Below, one piece after another: positions 31,501 through 38,495 of a DNA stretch of 64,000 nucleotides (its first letter is position 1; the number at the start of each line of letters is the position of its first letter). The DNA is taken from NCBI GenBank assembly GCA_018001225.1, contig JAGNIJ010000017.1:10688-74687 (forward strand), given 5' to 3'. Below the pieces are notes generated by a model that was not told the origin of the DNA, did not search any database, and saw nothing but the letters and a program-made list of their open reading frames with translations. The translations under genes and the position numbers were made by a program. This stretch comes from Kiritimatiellia bacterium. GTDB taxonomy: Bacteria; Verrucomicrobiota; Kiritimatiellia; CAIQIC01; JAGNIJ01.

Positions 31501-34308
31501 CCGGACGTTTCGGTGGCCCAGGTCCAGACGCCGTCCCAGATCGACGAGTTCAACGTGGTCCTGACCTGGGAGCGCGAGGCGCGCGAGTTCGAGCGCGTCC
31601 TGCCGGTGGGCTACCTGGTGGACGACCAGAGCGGCACGCCCGACGCGGACAAGTCCATCATCTATGACGGGTACAGCGCCATCCACTTCTCCGACACGGC
31701 CCTGACGCCGAATTGCGACCAGATCCTCTTCGCCGAACTGGAGTTCGTGGTCAGCAAGAGCCCGGCGGTGGACCTTCCCTTGACGGTCATCGGCGAGTTT
31801 CTGATCTCGGAAGGATTCTCGCCCGACGACTACAACGGCGACAACGGCGAGAACTGGCCCGAGAAGCGCATCACGGTGGGCGATTGGTTCAATACCACGC
31901 CGACGGCCTTTACCGTGTATACCACCAATGCGCCGGGAACCACGAACCGGGTGGACGTGACGGTTCAGGTCCAGGAGCTGATCTCGGCCGGCGGCTGGAC
32001 CGCCGAGGCCTTCGGGTTTGTGCTGGCGGGCAACGCGGACTACGCGGAGTTCAGCAAGAGCAAGACCAAGCTGACCGTGCATTACCGGCCGTCCTACAAG
32101 ATCAACGCGTACTGGAAGCTGCCCACCACCGTCACGTACATCGGGTGCGGCGAGAAGGCGGACAACCGGAAGTCCGCGGCGATGGCCTACGACTTCGTGC
32201 GCAAGCGCGCCGTCATGTTCGGCGGCATCGACGGCAACCGGGTGCGTGGTGACACGCACGAGGCGCAGATCGGCGGCGGCGCCGGCAGCGTGACGTGGCG
32301 TCAGCAGACGTGCGCCGAGAACCCGCCCGCGCGCTGGGGCCACTCCATGGTTTACGACGCCAAGAACGAGCGCGTGGTGATGTTCGGCGGGTTCGACGCG
32401 AACCATCGGCCGCTGAACGACCTCTGGCTTTACTACGCGTCCGACGAGCAGGTCGTCACGACGACCAACGAGCAAGGCGAGGTGACCGAGACCGCCACGA
32501 ACACCATCCCGGCCGAGTGGGTGCAGGTCACCAGCTTCACCTCCAGCGACCGCCCACAGCCGCGCGCCGGCGCGTGCATGATCTACTGGGGCGACTGGGA
32601 CTACGACCGCGGGCAGGGCGACGCCTACAAGGCCTCCTCCAACAAACGAAAGATCGTCCTTTTCGGCGGCACGGACGGGAAGACCTTCTTCAACGATACC
32701 TGGGTCTACGACGGGAACCGCTGGACGCTCTGCAATCCCGTCGGCGAGCTGTCCGCGGCGCCGCCGCCCCGCGCGTTCGCCTCGATGGCGTTCGCCCAGA
32801 ACGCCCGCAAGCTGCCGGACCGCGCCGGGACGGCCAGCTTCCACGGGGGCCTTGGCGACGATAGCGAGGGAGAGGATGACGACGAGACGCCCACCAAGGC
32901 CGCGAAGATGTCGGCCTTCCTGTTCGGCGGCCGGACAGGCACGATCCCGACGGGCAAGGACACGGACATGGACCTCGTGGACGACGGCATCGAGTTCGCC
33001 CTGGGCGGTCCGACCGCCGGGCGCGACCCGCGGGTGAACAAGCTGGTCTCGCCGACGAACCAGCTCGAGACCATACCCTATGCCCTGCAGCGGTTTGGCC
33101 CGGTCCCGTTGAGCATGCTCACGCCACGCGCGGCGATCGCGGACATGGAGTCCCTGCGCCATGACGAGGGCTTGTATGCCGCCTCGCGCGGTTACCCGTG
33201 GGAGTCCTGGTCGCACCCGGACACCATCATATTCTACGAGACCAAGTTGGGCTCGGGCGTCGAGACACGCATTCCCGAGTTCACCACCCAGTGGTACAGC
33301 CGGCACGGCATCGGGGATCCCTTCGATGCCCGGAACAAGTGGGAACTCGGCGTGCCGCGCCAGGACCTGGCCGGCGTGAAGGCCGCGCCACGCTATGCCT
33401 ATAGCGGGCGCTGGGCGTTCGGCACCACGCTGTCCGGCGCGTACGTCAACGACGCGGTGATGGAACTGTATTCGCCGATCTTCAGCCTGACGATCCCGCC
33501 GTCGGAGCTGACCTCGACGGACACGAACAACATGAACAGTTTCCACCTGGTCTTCCACGAGTGGCTGGACCTGGCGGACGCGAACGACCGGGTCAAGGTC
33601 GAGCTCATCCGGCCCGGCACGCCGGCGGACATCGCCAACCGGGTCTCGGCGACCAACAAGCCGCCGATCAGCGTGGTGCCCGAGCGCAACTTCGCGTACA
33701 ACACGACGGGCGAGTGGCGGCGCGTGGTGGCTCCGCTCGACATCGCGGCCAACGAGGCGAACGTCTACCTGCGGTTCACGCTGGTGTCCGATGCCGGCGG
33801 GGTGGCGGGCGGCTGGTACATCGACGACGTGGCCATCGCCCAGGGCGGCCAGATCCAGGGCACGTACAGCAACCACCCGGGCTTCGACGTGGAATTGCTG
33901 GGCGCCAACGACATCGGCGCGGCGCTGGCGACCACGGAGACGGACGCCAACAGCCTGTTCCAGTTCGGGTTCCTGCCCCAGGGCCAGTACTTCATCTACA
34001 GCAACGGGGAGACCGAGGGCCCGATCGACGTCGGGGCGGGCGGCTGGTCGCCGACCGAGCACCTGACCAACGGCGTCCCCGTGCCGTTCGACCTGGACGG
34101 CGTGGCCGTCGTGCCGGGCCGCAGCCTGTCGTGGGAGGCGGACATCGGCGCATCCTACACGATCCAGTACGCCGACGAGATGGTCAACAACCCGCCGTGG
34201 GCGGATCTGGCGACGGGGGTCGTCGCGGGGAGCGACCCGATGACGTACACCGACGTCAGCGCCCCGCCGGCGAACGGCCGCCGGTTCTACCGGGTGTGGA
34301 AGGAGTAG
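22552..34308 (+). CDS. Giant (3918 aa) membrane-anchored multidomain surface protein. Domain order: STN-like domain, I9-like propeptide plus subtilisin (peptidase S8), repeat region, thrombospondin-type-3 calcium-binding repeats, lectin/ConA-like and Kelch-like modules.
   Basis: N-terminal TM WRLVPVVLFCAAGLV. STN-like LRDILRELGAQSGVRLQVDPALDAPVTLALEGVSLEDALKAL. S8 triad motifs GITDSGID, HGTHVAGSI and GTSMATPLTAGG. Dozens of DxDxDGxxDxxE repeats, for example DSDSDGMPDHWE, DADGDGLTNLEEY and DSDGDGLTDGAE. Kelch-like GxxW runs in the last 1100 aa. Ends with RRFYRVWKE. Confidence 0.85.
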   Translation: MTVMKKQEARRSRDRWLTWRLVPVVLFCAAGLVTALESPGPRPEQVFSILQLRVEDGRVWLSAENTPLRDILRELGAQSGVRLQVDPALDAPVTLALEGVSLEDALKALSASRALVYEKDGDGYRLAAATVTAQEEAAPAAPAAEAEKPARAALPRGMLTNAGRSPDELMRRGAAAILLQNALIDTEAAAAGRGLEVPEAFRAPADTEYHIVQFDGPASDAQREALEEAGALVSHYVPRSAFAVHADAAAMAAVKALPGVTHVEPYHPYFKMSGEVLDYLVHGEEQALANPKFHEGEFNVVLFRGVEDAKAIEAAGLEIVREQSAGGREVLTVRGDADKLTDLVQLDAVQWVEASPVRKPMNDLGTERIRAKSLKALHPTLTGAGVIVGITDSGIDFINPGFAVDPTQATSTNLNTRIVYYDQRPSVTSDGFPGDNNGHGTHVAGSILGNGALSETVLKAAGSGTGEGPYSTNYFAGAAPGARVVMIEDFNSFTDEEQAEISYNKGARLSNNSWGNSVNYYGSMSMLWDELVRDAVPGTAGNQEYIVFFAAGNDGGGNNDGTGGEAETIGQPGNAKNVITVGAVEQKRLANNLLNYESDKETDTDWQVAGFSSRGPVLYAEGFDRRIKPDIMAPGAYVLSVQSRETMPDFIELEGTVHRDYRYGNIDSGTNFAFFSGTSMATPLTAGGGALMFEYYTNTFGKAPSPAMMKAMMVGGARMLNSIVYKNAYDVGLVELVDQGWGLLDVVRSVNGPRIQPTDEIILLDQDQTTPLSAGQFFTRQVKINAGEGGLKVALAWTDPAGTPGLGVQLVNDLDLYVQAPGGGGYIAGNFELDGAHSRRFEAIDPEMGDEYNNVETIVIPTPTPGTYTIQVYGYAVPQGPQDFALSIMKGIGMESRNPGDSPDVAMSGDDRPVIAYSTTANGLRQVYTKRWIGEVGDISDIGKWKHMDGQWFEVGSSASGGGVSKTLAASEQPSVAASGTNIFVAWAEQALAPFNKSRIYFRQYNGSSWIELGSSANDFGVSGESEFDATKPVVAVMSDGRPVVAWKRTHSVSTGQRVFVAKWSGTNWIGLAYSHTNGIAYDGNYRLVDDLDMVVDSSGMPVVSWADTTLQRIVTRRWNGSSWSTLPNQGNTFVQYPKLAAGTGGSIYLTWVETYGSDPLPYLSQQVYASRYSGGSWSAISGSTTFPGISAATSGIPRRPSIAVSPAGTVFVTWAGGTNLLNSVYVKRAQGGGWVGVAGAGEPPGVALVGGVSFTPVSVTDSKGVPIVVYENTGSGESEVLGFKLVADTAPPIFGGLLTAEGGTNNNVALGWNAGADNFSTNIYYHIYRGTNAWDCWETPMCPAGEVFGNLIAVVTNTTAFTVTNLTNYKTYCFGVRAMDDSGFMDSNTVTRSAGPTQPGVDCLDLDSDSDGMPDHWEILHGFDPFNPADAALDADGDGLTNLEEYVLGTHPRHVDSDGDGLTDGAEVLTHQTDPTKADSDGDGLDDGFELAIGTDPRSADSNANGVSDGDIFQLGYDTPADAWTNLNIYLAETFETSSRTNWAHSAPNAYLPLDLWHLSTAEPGTNAGIRSMDDHTPSNSYRLAYDPSATNPAATYSRGQPLICALDSPRVDALGTGNLYVAWREFYDTEPIKDFITVQARGGGNTNWTVVAGARSGESGGWFRRVANLGAFAGQSNVQVRFLFTAQNAINNDFNGWYVDDVMIYQGATIFGWVRDINGRPIVGATVRALGRGGVTNVVQGHPTIPAPKIFGEAATAEDGSYMIAGIPLGRYYLKADEPSHRAEFWNGALFTAPYSFGSGLNPGVYNLDQVGAGGYIDVRTNGAVQEAHFELERGENQSFLGVSHTASAAGLPVIVDYTAATLWNGSTSAPALVAYSTTNVFPRPKLYPDWLTNAVKAELFAAASPGEHRVGMGAGLWRMAQPAVETREGEVVQVDLRTNAAQGYLYVASLDGMSYPVWLNGLNTGSNTPARLYVQAGTHLVQLAPTNGYKGFAPQLITAPIGNRLNVSFTEEELTDTPGALMVDARDAFGNVVSGAQVVVNGRVAQIGDVAAGGTNVTPTVLTSLRPGPHRVSVLMDGFRRSAARVIDLEAGYTNYTQFALYQADQDADNVGDYSEIQGYTNIFLFTGEDDPDGDTLINRLEYDLFRLFGIRLNIFNRDTDADAMPDGEEVGYKGWASSNGFLTYAWSVLYTNAVQNTETVEALFVGRYLDGISAFGSGTNAVSIEGDRFEPKTIAHTAPLVPTKTNAVTVFGGIPTAGVHRAVIEGHPSGTPIFADTRPDVQDTSGDGMWDGFKWKYRWMTNAVGEVTRILDPIEYGGNDDDPDWDGLNNYLEFLGPDALANTNDWTNPGRSDTDNDGLPDGWEYFYGLDPNDPSDAWLDPDDDDLPNYIEYLVGSNPFLADTDADGLNDGKEVFVYGSDPTNPDTDYDSLLDGLEAQLGTSPTAWDTDGDGMPDGFEVLDALGNLRDPSQRLNPLDPTDGDDDYDHDGLTNYEEYLVRDGLIGNMPDDALWDYWSDPFNPDSDGDGMPDGWEVWYGLHPMDPVGTRVEGESVTRYSVLATGGDPDSDGLWNLREYNIRFRFDAGADPYQVHGVSTDPHNPDTDNDGLGDGEEDRALRAHPLKQDTDGDWLLDGVAVTTKWGEVESTLRKSEFAVIPFAGTWAGALQDCATNPLAVRHPIYTNIVGHLAVPNDLLGEENAAIMALLGGGEVDIALGGLVADDTLGTISWVTGEAWLFPNYGLGEPLTKPGVLGMNAADGKWKGRGEADLFDHYAVEWELVPQVTNHYDEALNDLWQLLWPGTSDFPYWKKINVSEDTYIPPARWGAAMTYIPVYETKNPKNDTGTILMDNRKLVVIGGRDGVAKHRDVWEFLVRSNMWVRSPAPLNASPILQVDGMSELCAVPIFETKNTKPKTCPCTDMPYDCDGEGFGLPKNRPWDGHRSFDWTFIFGGWDDKNQYKSTPRFYKSGDSMDPVVDTVAPDVSVAQVQTPSQIDEFNVVLTWEREAREFERVLPVGYLVDDQSGTPDADKSIIYDGYSAIHFSDTALTPNCDQILFAELEFVVSKSPAVDLPLTVIGEFLISEGFSPDDYNGDNGENWPEKRITVGDWFNTTPTAFTVYTTNAPGTTNRVDVTVQVQELISAGGWTAEAFGFVLAGNADYAEFSKSKTKLTVHYRPSYKINAYWKLPTTVTYIGCGEKADNRKSAAMAYDFVRKRAVMFGGIDGNRVRGDTHEAQIGGGAGSVTWRQQTCAENPPARWGHSMVYDAKNERVVMFGGFDANHRPLNDLWLYYASDEQVVTTTNEQGEVTETATNTIPAEWVQVTSFTSSDRPQPRAGACMIYWGDWDYDRGQGDAYKASSNKRKIVLFGGTDGKTFFNDTWVYDGNRWTLCNPVGELSAAPPPRAFASMAFAQNARKLPDRAGTASFHGGLGDDSEGEDDDETPTKAAKMSAFLFGGRTGTIPTGKDTDMDLVDDGIEFALGGPTAGRDPRVNKLVSPTNQLETIPYALQRFGPVPLSMLTPRAAIADMESLRHDEGLYAASRGYPWESWSHPDTIIFYETKLGSGVETRIPEFTTQWYSRHGIGDPFDARNKWELGVPRQDLAGVKAAPRYAYSGRWAFGTTLSGAYVNDAVMELYSPIFSLTIPPSELTSTDTNNMNSFHLVFHEWLDLADANDRVKVELIRPGTPADIANRVSATNKPPISVVPERNFAYNTTGEWRRVVAPLDIAANEANVYLRFTLVSDAGGVAGGWYIDDVAIAQGGQIQGTYSNHPGFDVELLGANDIGAALATTETDANSLFQFGFLPQGQYFIYSNGETEGPIDVGAGGWSPTEHLTNGVPVPFDLDGVAVVPGRSLSWEADIGASYTIQYADEMVNNPPWADLATGVVAGSDPMTYTDVSAPPANGRRFYRVWKE

Positions 34309-34312
34309 GGGT

Positions 34313-34406
34313 TCTGGAGGGCGAGCCTCCGGCGAGCCGCGTTTCGGGCTTCAAGCGCGGCTCGCGGGGACGCTCGGGGACGGCTCGCGGGGACGCTCGC
34401 CCTCCA
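34313..34406 (+). terminator. Large stem-loop structure after the giant gene: a 13-nt inverted repeat enclosing two 19-nt direct repeats
   Basis: CTGGAGGGCGAGC (34313-34325) pairs with GCTCGCCCTCCAG (34394-34406). Inside are CGGCTCGCGGGGACGCTCG twice (34357-34375 and 34380-34398) and a hairpin AGCCGCG...CGCGGCT. An AT-richer stretch follows. Its function (terminator or attenuator) is uncertain. Confidence 0.35.
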
Positions 34407-34504
34407 GGAGCGGGGGCAGGGTAAAATAAAGCATGACAATTTGGAGCGAATGGCGTAAGAAGCAGCAAAGAATCATCGCATGTGACTCGGGCAAGGAGAA
34501 TAAG

Positions 34505-35491
34505 ATGAAAAAAATGTGGATCTGGAGTGCCGTCGCTGGTTTGGCCGCGGTCTCGGCTATTCTCCTCGGCTGCGAATGGTCGACCAGCACGGATTCGTTC
34601 AACACCTCGAAGGGCGCCGGGATCTCCATTAATTTCTCCGGCGTGTATTACGGCAATCTTTCGGGCGGGCGGGCCGTGGCCGGCACGTCCGGCAGCACGA
34701 TCACCCGGCTGGTGGTCCAGCACGCGGGCAATGCCGTCAAGGTGCTCGACAACAACGGTTCGGAATACTCCGGCACGATCGGCTCGCCCGGCGTGATCGC
34801 GCCGCCTTCGTCGAGCGGCGTGTACCCGGCGGGGGCCCTCCTGGCGCAGGCGCAGATCAATTTCTCCGGCCATGACAACGTGGCGGCCCGGAACGTCAAC
34901 TTCGCCGGCATCATCCACGGCGTGGCCGTGGACGATGTCCAGGGCCAGACGGAAACCGAGACCACGACCATCACCCAGAGCGATGTGCAGCGGGACAGCG
35001 CGACCAGTTCGGTTTCGTACACGGAGAATTTCTCCTGGACCACCAACTCGACCACGATCACCACGGACGGCACCAATATCACGACCAAGCTGACCATCGT
35101 GGCCTACGACGAGTTCGGCAACGAGGTCTATCGCTCGGAGCAGACGTACACGGTCACGCCCTCCGGGAGCAGCAACCTCGTGAGCCAGAGCATCACCGAC
35201 AACCGCTCCAACGGCCGCACGCGCAGCCGCGACCAGGTGCAGGATTACAATCAGAAGAACGAGACGGTCGAGTACACCAAGTACTACATCACCGAGGCCA
35301 ATACCCAGTACCGCATGCAGGGGACCTGGGTGGAGGAGGCGGGCGTATCTTCCGGTGTGGACGCACTTTCCGCTGGCACGGCAGGGGTGATCACCGAGGT
35401 GACCCCGAGCGGCGCGCCGGGCGGCACGGAGGGCGGCGGCACGGAGGGAACCACGGATAGCACGGCCACGTCGACTTCGACCTCCCTGTAG
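34505..35491 (+). CDS. Thr/Ser/Asn-rich lipoprotein (hypothetical)
   Basis: AAGGAGA RBS. Lipobox AILLGCEW after MKKMWIWSAVAGLAAVS. Low-complexity T/S/N-rich beta-rich sequence with no recognisable enzymatic motif. Confidence 0.55.
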   Translation: MKKMWIWSAVAGLAAVSAILLGCEWSTSTDSFNTSKGAGISINFSGVYYGNLSGGRAVAGTSGSTITRLVVQHAGNAVKVLDNNGSEYSGTIGSPGVIAPPSSSGVYPAGALLAQAQINFSGHDNVAARNVNFAGIIHGVAVDDVQGQTETETTTITQSDVQRDSATSSVSYTENFSWTTNSTTITTDGTNITTKLTIVAYDEFGNEVYRSEQTYTVTPSGSSNLVSQSITDNRSNGRTRSRDQVQDYNQKNETVEYTKYYITEANTQYRMQGTWVEEAGVSSGVDALSAGTAGVITEVTPSGAPGGTEGGGTEGTTDSTATSTSTSL

Positions 35492-35512
35492 CGGCCGGTC
35501 ACGTTAAGCGCG

Positions 35513-35548
35513 CGCCCCTCGCCTCCCGGCGGGGGGCGTTCTGTTTTG
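35513..35548 (+). terminator. Rho-independent terminator
   Basis: CGCCCCTCGCC-TCCC-GGCGGGGGGCG (11-bp stem with one G.U) followed by TTCTGTTTTGG, 22 nt after the lipoprotein stop. Confidence 0.55.
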
Positions 35549-35552
35549 GCAA

Positions 35553-35576
35553 GTGACGCGGCCGTCCCGGCCGTGG
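35553..35576 (+). repeat. GC-rich dyad element, family copy C (single-hairpin variant): GTGAC-GCGGCCG-TCCC-GGCCGTG
   Basis: Same core and orientation as copies A and B. It sits between the convergent lipoprotein and mtnP genes. Confidence 0.3.
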
Positions 35577-36458
35577 TTACTTCAGATACTTCCCGACGAT
35601 CGGCTCCAGTTCCTTGCGCCGGGCGGGCGGAATCTTGTCCGGGCTCGTCAGGATGGCGTTTTCCAGCGCGCGGCCGCAGGAGCAGGGCCGCTGGTCCGTC
35701 AGGCGGGCCGCGAGGCGCCGGATCAACTCCCCGGCGAACCCCGCGTTGGCCTTGAGGTTGCTGATGATCATCTCCAGCGACACGGTCTCCTCGGACTCGT
35801 GCCAGCAGTCGTAGTCCGTCACCATGCAGGCCGAGGCGTAGCAGAGTTCCGCCTCGCGGCACAGCTTGGCCTCCGCCAGGCTGGTCATGCCGATCACGTC
35901 GAACCCGAACCGCCGGTAGTAGAGCGACTCGGCCTTCGTGGAAAACGCGGGGCCCTCCATGTTGACGTAGGTGCCGCCGTTCTGGACGCGCTGGCCCTGG
36001 TGCCGCGCGTCGCCGGAAACGATCTCCTGCGCGACGGCGTGCAGGTGGTGCCGCAGGTCCGGGCAGACGGGCTCGGCGAAGGCGACGTGGGCGACCAGGC
36101 CCTTCCCGAAGAACGTGTGCTCGGCGGCGTGCTTGGTCCGGTCGAAGTACTGGTCCGGCAGGCAGACGTCCCGGGGGCGCAGGTCCTCGCGCAGGCTGCC
36201 GACGGCGCTGATCCCGATGACGCGCTCCACGCCCAGGGTCTTGAACCCGAAGATGTTGGCCCGGTGGTTCAGTTCCGACGGCATGATGTGGTGCCCGTGC
36301 CCGTGACGGGGGAGGAAGTAGACGTCCACGGCGCCCAGCTTGCCGTGGATGTACGGCTCCGAGGGCTTGCCGAAAGGGGTCTCGACGGCCCGGTGCTCCA
36401 CATCCCGGAGCCCGACCAGGTCGTACAAGCCCGTCCCGCCGATGATGCCGAGTTTCAT
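35577..36458 (-). CDS. mtnP: S-methyl-5'-thioadenosine phosphorylase
   Basis: MKLGIIGGTGLYDL start, then the PNP/MTAP family motifs HGHGHHIMPSELNHRANIFG and GMTSLAEAKLCREAELCYASACMVTDYD. Start ATG at 36456-36458. Confidence 0.85.
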   Translation of the reverse strand: MKLGIIGGTGLYDLVGLRDVEHRAVETPFGKPSEPYIHGKLGAVDVYFLPRHGHGHHIMPSELNHRANIFGFKTLGVERVIGISAVGSLREDLRPRDVCLPDQYFDRTKHAAEHTFFGKGLVAHVAFAEPVCPDLRHHLHAVAQEIVSGDARHQGQRVQNGGTYVNMEGPAFSTKAESLYYRRFGFDVIGMTSLAEAKLCREAELCYASACMVTDYDCWHESEETVSLEMIISNLKANAGFAGELIRRLAARLTDQRPCSCGRALENAILTSPDKIPPARRKELEPIVGKYLK

Positions 36459-36568
36459 GAATTGATCTCCCCCGCCGTTGGTTGTCAAACAGGCCCGCAC
36501 TATAGCGGAGAGGACGAGAGACGGCAAGCGAGGGGCCGCGACAGCGAGAGCCCGTTGTCCTGGTTGGG

Positions 36569-36638
36569 TTTCAACGCTCAACAATCAACGCCCAACGCTC
36601 AACAATTGAACGTTGAATGTTGGTTGTTGAACGTTGAG
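36569..36638. repeat. Second copy of the inverted heptamer-array hairpin family: (YCAACNN)5 and its mirror, centred on CAATTG
   Basis: TTTCAACGCTCAACAATCAACGCCCAACGCTCAACAATTGAACGTTGAATGTTGGTTGTTGAACGTTGAG. It shares the TTTCAACG start and TTGGTTGTTGRACGTTGAG end with 21072-21169. It lies in the mtnP/glgC divergent intergenic region. Confidence 0.5.
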
Positions 36639-36725
36639 ATCGCCCCCTGACTCCTTCTTCCCCCTCCTTGCCTTTACCGCGGCGGCCGGGGTATAGTGAG
36701 TCATGAAGCAGGACAGTGAGCCATC

Positions 36726-37952
36726 ATGAACGTCGTCGGTGTCATCATGGGCGGGGGCGAGGGGAGCCGGCTGCAGCCGCTCACCCGCGACCGGGCCAAG
36801 CCAGCGGTGCCCATCGCCGGCAAGTACCGGCTGGTGGACATCCCCATCAGCAACTGCATCAACAGCGGCATCCGGCACATCTTCCTGCTGACCCAGTTCA
36901 ACAGCGTGTCCCTGCACCGGCACGTGCAAACGACGTACCGGTTCGACCAATTCTCGCAGGGCTACGTCCAGATCCTGGCGGCCCAGCAGACGCCCGGCTC
37001 CGAGGAGTGGTACCAGGGCACCGCGGACGCCGTCCGCCAGAACTTCCGCTACTTCATGGACGAGAACCCGGACTACATCGTCGTGCTTTCCGGCGACCAG
37101 CTCTTCCGGATGAATTTCGCCGAAGTCCTCAAGCAGCATATCGAGACGGGCGCGGAGGTGACCATCGCCACCAAGCCCGTGCCCCGCGGCGAGGCCGGCT
37201 CGTTGGGTATCATGCAGGTGGACGACCGGAAGCGCATCGTCCGGTTCGTGGAGAAGCCCGGGAATTCCCCCGAGCTCGACGTCCTGCGCGCGCCGATGTA
37301 CCGCGAAGAGCGCTACCTCGCCAGCATGGGCATCTACGTGTTCAACACGGCGGTGCTGCACAAGCTGCTGGACAACGACCTCACGGACTTCGGCAAGCAC
37401 GTGATCCCCTCGTGCATCGAGAAGCACAAGGTGTTCAGTTTCATTTTCGAGGGCTACTGGAAGGACATCGGGACGATCCGTTCCTTCTGGGAGGCCAACG
37501 TCGCGCTGACCGAGGTGGTGCCGGAGTTCAACTTCTACGACGCCAAGGCGCCCATCCACACGCGCATGCGCTACCTGCCGCCGTCCAAGATCAACTGCTG
37601 CGACCTGAACCGGTGCCTGCTCTCGGAGGGCTGCATCATCTCGGGGCACCGCATCCTGCACTCGATCGTCGGCATCCGCGCGATCGTGGGGCAGGGCAGC
37701 GTGATCGAGCACTCGGTGATCATGGGTGCGGACTACTACGAGAAGGAGCCCGAGCCGGGCCGGCCGCCCATCGGCATCGGCCGCGACTGCTTTATCCGCA
37801 ATGCGATCGTGGATAAGAACGCGCGCATCGGCGACGGCGCCTACATCACGCCGGACGGCAAGCCGGACGGCGTGACCGACCGCTATACGATCCGCGACGG
37901 CATCATCGTCATCCCGAAAAATGCGGTGATCCCGGCGGGATCCCGGATCTGA
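36726..37952 (+). CDS. glgC: Glucose-1-phosphate adenylyltransferase
   Basis: [49 protein letters not shown] is the classic ADP-glucose pyrophosphorylase N-terminus. A C-terminal left-handed beta-helix follows. 408 aa. Confidence 0.9.
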   Translation: MNVVGVIMGGGEGSRLQPLTRDRAKPAVPIAGKYRLVDIPISNCINSGIRHIFLLTQFNSVSLHRHVQTTYRFDQFSQGYVQILAAQQTPGSEEWYQGTADAVRQNFRYFMDENPDYIVVLSGDQLFRMNFAEVLKQHIETGAEVTIATKPVPRGEAGSLGIMQVDDRKRIVRFVEKPGNSPELDVLRAPMYREERYLASMGIYVFNTAVLHKLLDNDLTDFGKHVIPSCIEKHKVFSFIFEGYWKDIGTIRSFWEANVALTEVVPEFNFYDAKAPIHTRMRYLPPSKINCCDLNRCLLSEGCIISGHRILHSIVGIRAIVGQGSVIEHSVIMGADYYEKEPEPGRPPIGIGRDCFIRNAIVDKNARIGDGAYITPDGKPDGVTDRYTIRDGIIVIPKNAVIPAGSRI

Positions 37953-37997
37953 CGGGGCCGGCTCCCGCGCCGGAAGCGGGAGCGAAGGAGGGGGGGG

Positions 37998-38474
37998 ATG
38001 CGTATCACCGAGGTGGTGTTGGTGGCGGCGCTGGGCGGGGGGGCCTATTATCTTTGGCAAGAGCACAAGGCGGCCGTCACCCCTGCGGGGTCCCAGCCCC
38101 AACCGGAGTCCCCATCCAGGCCTTCTTCTTCACCCGGGGCCTCCGCGCCGGCCAAGTCTTCGGTGGCATCGAGCCCGTCGGCTCCGGCAAGGCTGACCTG
38201 CTATGCCTGCAAGGGAGAAGGCCGATTGATGTTGCGGAAGGAAGGCCGGCGAAGGGGGGCGGATAGTTCCTACATGTGTCCCGTATGCCGCGGGAGCGGG
38301 TTCCGTTCGATCGAATCATCCGGCCCTGTTTGCAAGGACTGCGGCGGGATGGGATTTTGCCTTTATCACCCGGACTATGGGACCGTTACGGTCGAGGAGA
38401 TGGGCCTCTATGCCAGGGACACCGGCAGTGCAATCCGTTGGAGCGCGCGCCCTTGCGGGCGGTGTAGGAAGTAA
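37998..38474 (+). CDS. Membrane-anchored protein with DnaJ-type CxxCxGxG zinc-finger repeats (hypothetical)
   Basis: N-terminal TM VVLVAALGGGAYYLW, a Ser/Pro-rich linker, then CYACKGEG, CPVCRGSG and CKDCGGMG repeats. Confidence 0.5.
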   Translation: MRITEVVLVAALGGGAYYLWQEHKAAVTPAGSQPQPESPSRPSSSPGASAPAKSSVASSPSAPARLTCYACKGEGRLMLRKEGRRRGADSSYMCPVCRGSGFRSIESSGPVCKDCGGMGFCLYHPDYGTVTVEEMGLYARDTGSAIRWSARPCGRCRK

Positions 38475-38495
38475 AGCGTCTTTCGGGGCGATCCA

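Noticed and set aside
24508-34062. 3184-aa minus-strand ORF antisense to the giant surface-protein gene
   Set aside because: The plus-strand frame carries an S8 catalytic triad, TSP3 repeats and Kelch repeats. The minus frame is Arg/Gly/Val-rich with no domains.
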